Below, piece by piece: positions 60,726 through 64,000 of a stretch of 64,000 nt of DNA. Source of the stretch: Enterobacterales bacterium (lineage in GTDB: Bacteria; Pseudomonadota; Gammaproteobacteria; Enterobacterales; Kangiellaceae). Below the pieces are notes generated by a model. That model had not been told where the DNA came from. It was given only the letters and a program-made list of their open reading frames with translations, and made no database searches. Numbering within the stretch: position 1 is the first letter of the stretch; each line of letters begins with the position of its first letter. The DNA is taken from contig JAUZSK010000075.1 of assembly GCA_030949565.1 (NCBI GenBank), positions 16,277 to 80,276 on the forward strand. Reading direction: 5' to 3'. A program made the translations under genes and the position numbers.

Positions 60726-61034
60726 ATGTACTATGCCATTTATGCCATTATTAATCCTCAAAAGCTGGATGTGCTTAAACTTCGTGAAGCCAGTCGTCCT
60801 GCACACTTAGCAAGGTTGGAAGAATTAAACCAACAACAGCGCTTGCTCATCGCTGGGCCCCACCCCGTTGCAGATAGCCAAACGCCTGATGCTCAAGGAT
60901 TTAACGGCAGTTTAATTGTTGCTGAGTTTGAAAGTTTAAGTGAAGCTCAAAATTGGACCGACCAAGACCCTTATCTGCTGGCCGGTGTCTATGAAGAAGT
61001 CAGCGTAAAACCCTTTATCAAGGTACTACCGTGA
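60726..61034 (+). CDS. yciI: YciI-family protein
   Basis: 102 aa, RPAHLARL...AGP...[23 protein letters not shown] pattern, downstream of yciB. Confidence 0.8.
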   Translation: MYYAIYAIINPQKLDVLKLREASRPAHLARLEELNQQQRLLIAGPHPVADSQTPDAQGFNGSLIVAEFESLSEAQNWTDQDPYLLAGVYEEVSVKPFIKVLP

Positions 61035-61285
61035 ATCGTCTACAAACCATTGAAAACTGCCTGCAACAGAAACTAGATCCTTCGCAACTCGAGGTAATTG
61101 ATGAAAGCCATTTACACGCAGGTCATGCTGGTGCTCGGTCCGGAAAAGGGCATTTTAAAGTGATTATTAAAAGTGATGCACTCACTAAGCTTCGTCCGTT
61201 AGCCAGGCATCAAGCAATCTATGCGGCTCTGGGTGAATTGATGCAAACTGAAATTCATGCACTTTCCATCAAAATCGTCAATTAA
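61031..61285 (+). CDS. BolA-family protein
   Basis: [15 protein letters not shown]...GHFKVIIKS...RHQAIYAAL...IHALSIK matches the BolA signature. Confidence 0.8.
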   Translation: MNRLQTIENCLQQKLDPSQLEVIDESHLHAGHAGARSGKGHFKVIIKSDALTKLRPLARHQAIYAALGELMQTEIHALSIKIVN

Positions 61286-61294
61286 CAGGCAATA

Positions 61295-61323
61295 AAAAGC
61301 GCATCAAACTGACGCGCTTTTTT
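61295..61323. terminator. Bidirectional terminator between the bolA-like gene and rpoS
   Basis: AAAAGCGC-N11-GCGCTTTTTT. Confidence 0.7.
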
Positions 61324-61387
61324 GGGCAGATCCACTATCAGGGGAAACAGCTTGCTCAATCTTACATATCGTTTTAACCGATATTAA

Positions 61388-62365
61388 CTAAACGTTAAAA
61401 ATGCTGGCTAAGGATAAACCTTGTCTTTCAAGCATAAAGCGAAGCCTTCTAAGGGCTTCCACTTGAATTTGTCGTACTCTTTCACGAGTCAAACCAATTT
61501 CACGACCAACATCTTCAAGCGTAGCTGCTTCATAGCTCAATAAGCCAAAGCGACGTGCCAGTACTTCTTTTTGCTTAGAGCCTAATTGGTCCAGCCAATA
61601 TTCTATACTTTGCTTAAGGTCTTCGTCTTGTAGCTTATTAGAAGGGCCGCATTCGCGTTCATCGGCGATGGTTTCTAGTAACGGCTTGTCGTTATCTTTA
61701 CCGATAGGACAATCAACCGATGTTACACGTTCATTTAAGCCAAGCATTCTGGCAACGGTTTCAACGGGCTTATCTAATTTAGCCGCAATATCTTCTGCGG
61801 TTGGTTCGTGATCAAGCTTTTGAGCCAGCTCACGCGAAGCACGAAGATAAACGTTAAGCTCTTTGACCACGTGTATAGGTAATCGAATAGTGCGGGTTTG
61901 ATTCATTATGCCGCGTTCGATGGTTTGTCTAATCCACCAAGTGGCGTAGGTTGAAAAACGGAAACCGCGTTCGGGGTCAAATTTTTCAACCGCTCGAATA
62001 AGACCTAGGTTGCCTTCTTCGATTAAATCAAGCAGTGCTAACCCTCGGTTAGAATAACGTCTGGCAATTTTAACAACCAATCTTAAATTGCTTTCAATCA
62101 TTCTAGCGCGAGATTTCTCACAACCTTTTCTCGCTTTACGAGTAAAATACACTTCTTCCTCTGCGGTTAGCAAAGGTGATGCACCTATTTCGCCAAGATA
62201 CAGCTGTGTTGCGTCAAAGGATTTTTCCTTGGCGCTACGCTTGGTTAGTGGGGTGGATTCTTTTTTAGAAATAGCCTCAAGATCAGACGCCTTTGGTTCT
62301 CCGCGTGCTGATTTATTCTGTTGCTTATCCTCAAAATCTTGCTTTATATTTATATTTTGTTTCAT
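61388..62365 (-). CDS. rpoS: RNA polymerase sigma factor RpoS (sigma-38)
   Basis: Group 2 sigma regions 1.2-4.2 ([64 protein letters not shown]). It lies directly downstream of nlpD. Confidence 0.93.
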   Translation of the reverse strand: MKQNINIKQDFEDKQQNKSARGEPKASDLEAISKKESTPLTKRSAKEKSFDATQLYLGEIGASPLLTAEEEVYFTRKARKGCEKSRARMIESNLRLVVKIARRYSNRGLALLDLIEEGNLGLIRAVEKFDPERGFRFSTYATWWIRQTIERGIMNQTRTIRLPIHVVKELNVYLRASRELAQKLDHEPTAEDIAAKLDKPVETVARMLGLNERVTSVDCPIGKDNDKPLLETIADERECGPSNKLQDEDLKQSIEYWLDQLGSKQKEVLARRFGLLSYEAATLEDVGREIGLTRERVRQIQVEALRRLRFMLERQGLSLASIFNV

Positions 62366-62541
62366 TTCGCTTCTCTCTGCCGGGGGGATAGGAATCCCAA
62401 AAAACGAAACCGCTGATTAACTTCTCTCAGCAATCCCTTGTGTAGCGCACCACCTTTAATTATGAACAACTATATTTTACGGTGCGATCAGTAGAGTTAT
62501 CGACACCATTACCTATAACTTTAGGATTTATAACAAAAAAA

Positions 62542-63510
62542 TTACAAATTGCCCATTTTAGGTAAATATTTTAGCGGATCGACTGGCTTGCCCTTGTATC
62601 GAATTTCAAAATGCAGCTTGTTTTTGTCGGAATCACTGCTTCCGAGGTCCGCAATTCTCTGACCCGCTTTAACATATTCATTTTCTTCTACGTGAATTTT
62701 CTCATTGTGAGCATAAGCGCTTAAATAAGCATCATTATGTTTTATAATAACCAGTTGACCGTAGCCTCTTAATCCGCTGCCACTATAGACGACCTTACCT
62801 CCTGCGGTGGCTCTAACCGGTGTGCCTCGCTTGGCAACGATATCCAGGCCTTTATTGCTAGTCGACTTATTAGAAAAGCGTCCAATCAATTTTCCGTTGA
62901 CTGGCCAAATCCAGCGTTTAACCTTTTTATTACTGGCCGAAGACAAACGAGCATTCGGTCTAACGGCTTTAGAGTTGGAATTGCTTATTACTTTGGCGTT
63001 GGCCGGATAAGTCACGTTAGCCACTCTGTTAGATGGCTTAACGGCTGATTGAGCTTTACTTAAAGAAGTTGTCGCAGTGGCTTTATGAAAAAAGTCACTA
63101 TTAATTGCTACTATCAGCGACTCTGAATCAAAAAGACCGTTATCTTTTGTGGTTGCTGGCAGAATCAAGTTGGGTGCACGTTTTAACTGTAATGCCTGCC
63201 CCGGATAAATCGTATAATTTTCCAGTCGATTAATATCCGACAGTTGCTTAAAATCAAGCGAGTAGCGCCAAGCAATTGAAAAAAGAGTTTCACCCGCATG
63301 CACTTTATGCACCAAAGCTTTTTGATCTTGTTGATTGTAAGGATTCGCTTGATAAGAAAAACGCTTGTTTGAAGGATCTGGTTTTAAAACATCCGATTGA
63401 GCAAGGTTCGCAGGATCATCACTGATATCAAGTACCGGTGCCGGAGCGTTATTTGCACATGCGGTGACGACCAATGATGATAGCGTTAAATAAAGCAATC
63501 GTTGTTTCAT
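62542..63510 (-). CDS. nlpD: Murein hydrolase activator NlpD (lipoprotein with LysM and M23 domains)
   Basis: Lipobox LVVTAC, a LysM domain (HKVHAGETLFSIAWRY), and a degenerate M23 domain (GLDIVAKRGTPV, YGQLVIIKH, YAHN, LHFEIRYKGKPVDP). Confidence 0.92.
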   Translation of the reverse strand: MKQRLLYLTLSSLVVTACANNAPAPVLDISDDPANLAQSDVLKPDPSNKRFSYQANPYNQQDQKALVHKVHAGETLFSIAWRYSLDFKQLSDINRLENYTIYPGQALQLKRAPNLILPATTKDNGLFDSESLIVAINSDFFHKATATTSLSKAQSAVKPSNRVANVTYPANAKVISNSNSKAVRPNARLSSASNKKVKRWIWPVNGKLIGRFSNKSTSNKGLDIVAKRGTPVRATAGGKVVYSGSGLRGYGQLVIIKHNDAYLSAYAHNEKIHVEENEYVKAGQRIADLGSSDSDKNKLHFEIRYKGKPVDPLKYLPKMGNL

Positions 63511-63610
63511 TTTTAGCCTCGCCGAGTTGAAAACCAGTGAGTTAGCGCTGTTTGTTCAAGAATTTTCTTAAAACCTAACGCTAACTAGTTGTTTTAACGG
63601 GTTATTGAGA

Positions 63611-64000
63611 CTATTTGTACATCAAATAAGCGATAATTGCAACAATTACTAGTGTCCAACCAATATAATCGATGGTTTGATGCAGTTTTTCCTCCATTTT
63701 TTCACCACCAAGGCGTAATATGTAGGCGACTAGGTAAAATCGCCCTGAACGACCTAAAACAGAAGCTAAAATAAAGGGTGCTAAATCCGCCATGGGCGAC
63801 AAACTTAAGGCGCCGGCGCTCACGGTAAAGATTTTATAGGGGATGGGTGCGAAACCGGCTATAAATACCATTAACACGCCATATTCACTAAACCAAACTT
63901 GAGTTTTAGCAAAAGCGGATGAAAATCCCCATTCTTGCATTAAAGGTTCCACCACCGCGCCACCAAGATAAGCGCCTAAAAGATAACCGAAGATTCCGCC
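63611..64000 (-). CDS. YqaA/DedA-family membrane protein, 5' end beyond the window
   Basis: The frame is open to the window edge (GGIFGYLLGAYLGGAVVEP...). The SNARE-associated/DedA-like motif IAGFAPIPYKIFTVSAGA is present. Confidence 0.7.
   Translation of the reverse strand, partial: GGIFGYLLGAYLGGAVVEPLMQEWGFSSAFAKTQVWFSEYGVLMVFIAGFAPIPYKIFTVSAGALSLSPMADLAPFILASVLGRSGRFYLVAYILRLGGEKMEEKLHQTIDYIGWTLVIVAIIAYLMYK

Overview
This is a 64-kb chromosomal window from an AT-rich (about 40% G+C by eye) gammaproteobacterium. I cannot place the genus from sequence alone. Most of it is conserved housekeeping sequence in recognisable operons. Left to right: the tail of an IS3-family element; bax, an EamA transporter, pepE, cmoA-cmoB; a degenerate HD-GYP protein; a DUF885 peptidase-like protein; moaB; suhB; an iscR-sufBCDS-sufA-sufT-sufE operon; an MMPL/RND exporter; the cbb3 oxidase cluster ccoNOQP-ccoGHI behind an FNR-type box; dcd, apbC, metG; rnfABCDGE; a YtrA-type GntR-ABC operon; nudC; a TlpA-like redoxin; feoABC; a type IV pilin; and a small accessory patch (alpha/beta hydrolase, PQQ-repeat protein, MBOAT acyltransferase plus partner). 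Then come two tandem copies of a 1.65-kb IS4-like element sharing one 9-bp target duplication, an IS256 remnant, a RIO-type kinase, tRNA-Leu(CAA) preceded by tRNA-derived tandem repeats, then yciO-yciV, yciB-yciI-bolA-like, rpoS-nlpD and a partial yqaA. I found no CRISPR array, rRNA, prophage or recognisable defence island. Three things merit a second look. (1) Many conserved genes have broken reading frames (cmoA, sufB, metG twice, rnfC, rnfD, both ABC components, the MBOAT partner, both IS transposases). Most breaks are single extra bases in A/T runs, but three are in-frame TGA codons. This is either consensus sequencing error or real gene decay. (2) The leader of tRNA-Leu is a structured tandem repeat derived from the tRNA itself. 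(3) The IS pair has the arrangement TSD-IS-TSD-IS-TSD. All calls rest on reading the translations and the DNA by eye; no database search was run.
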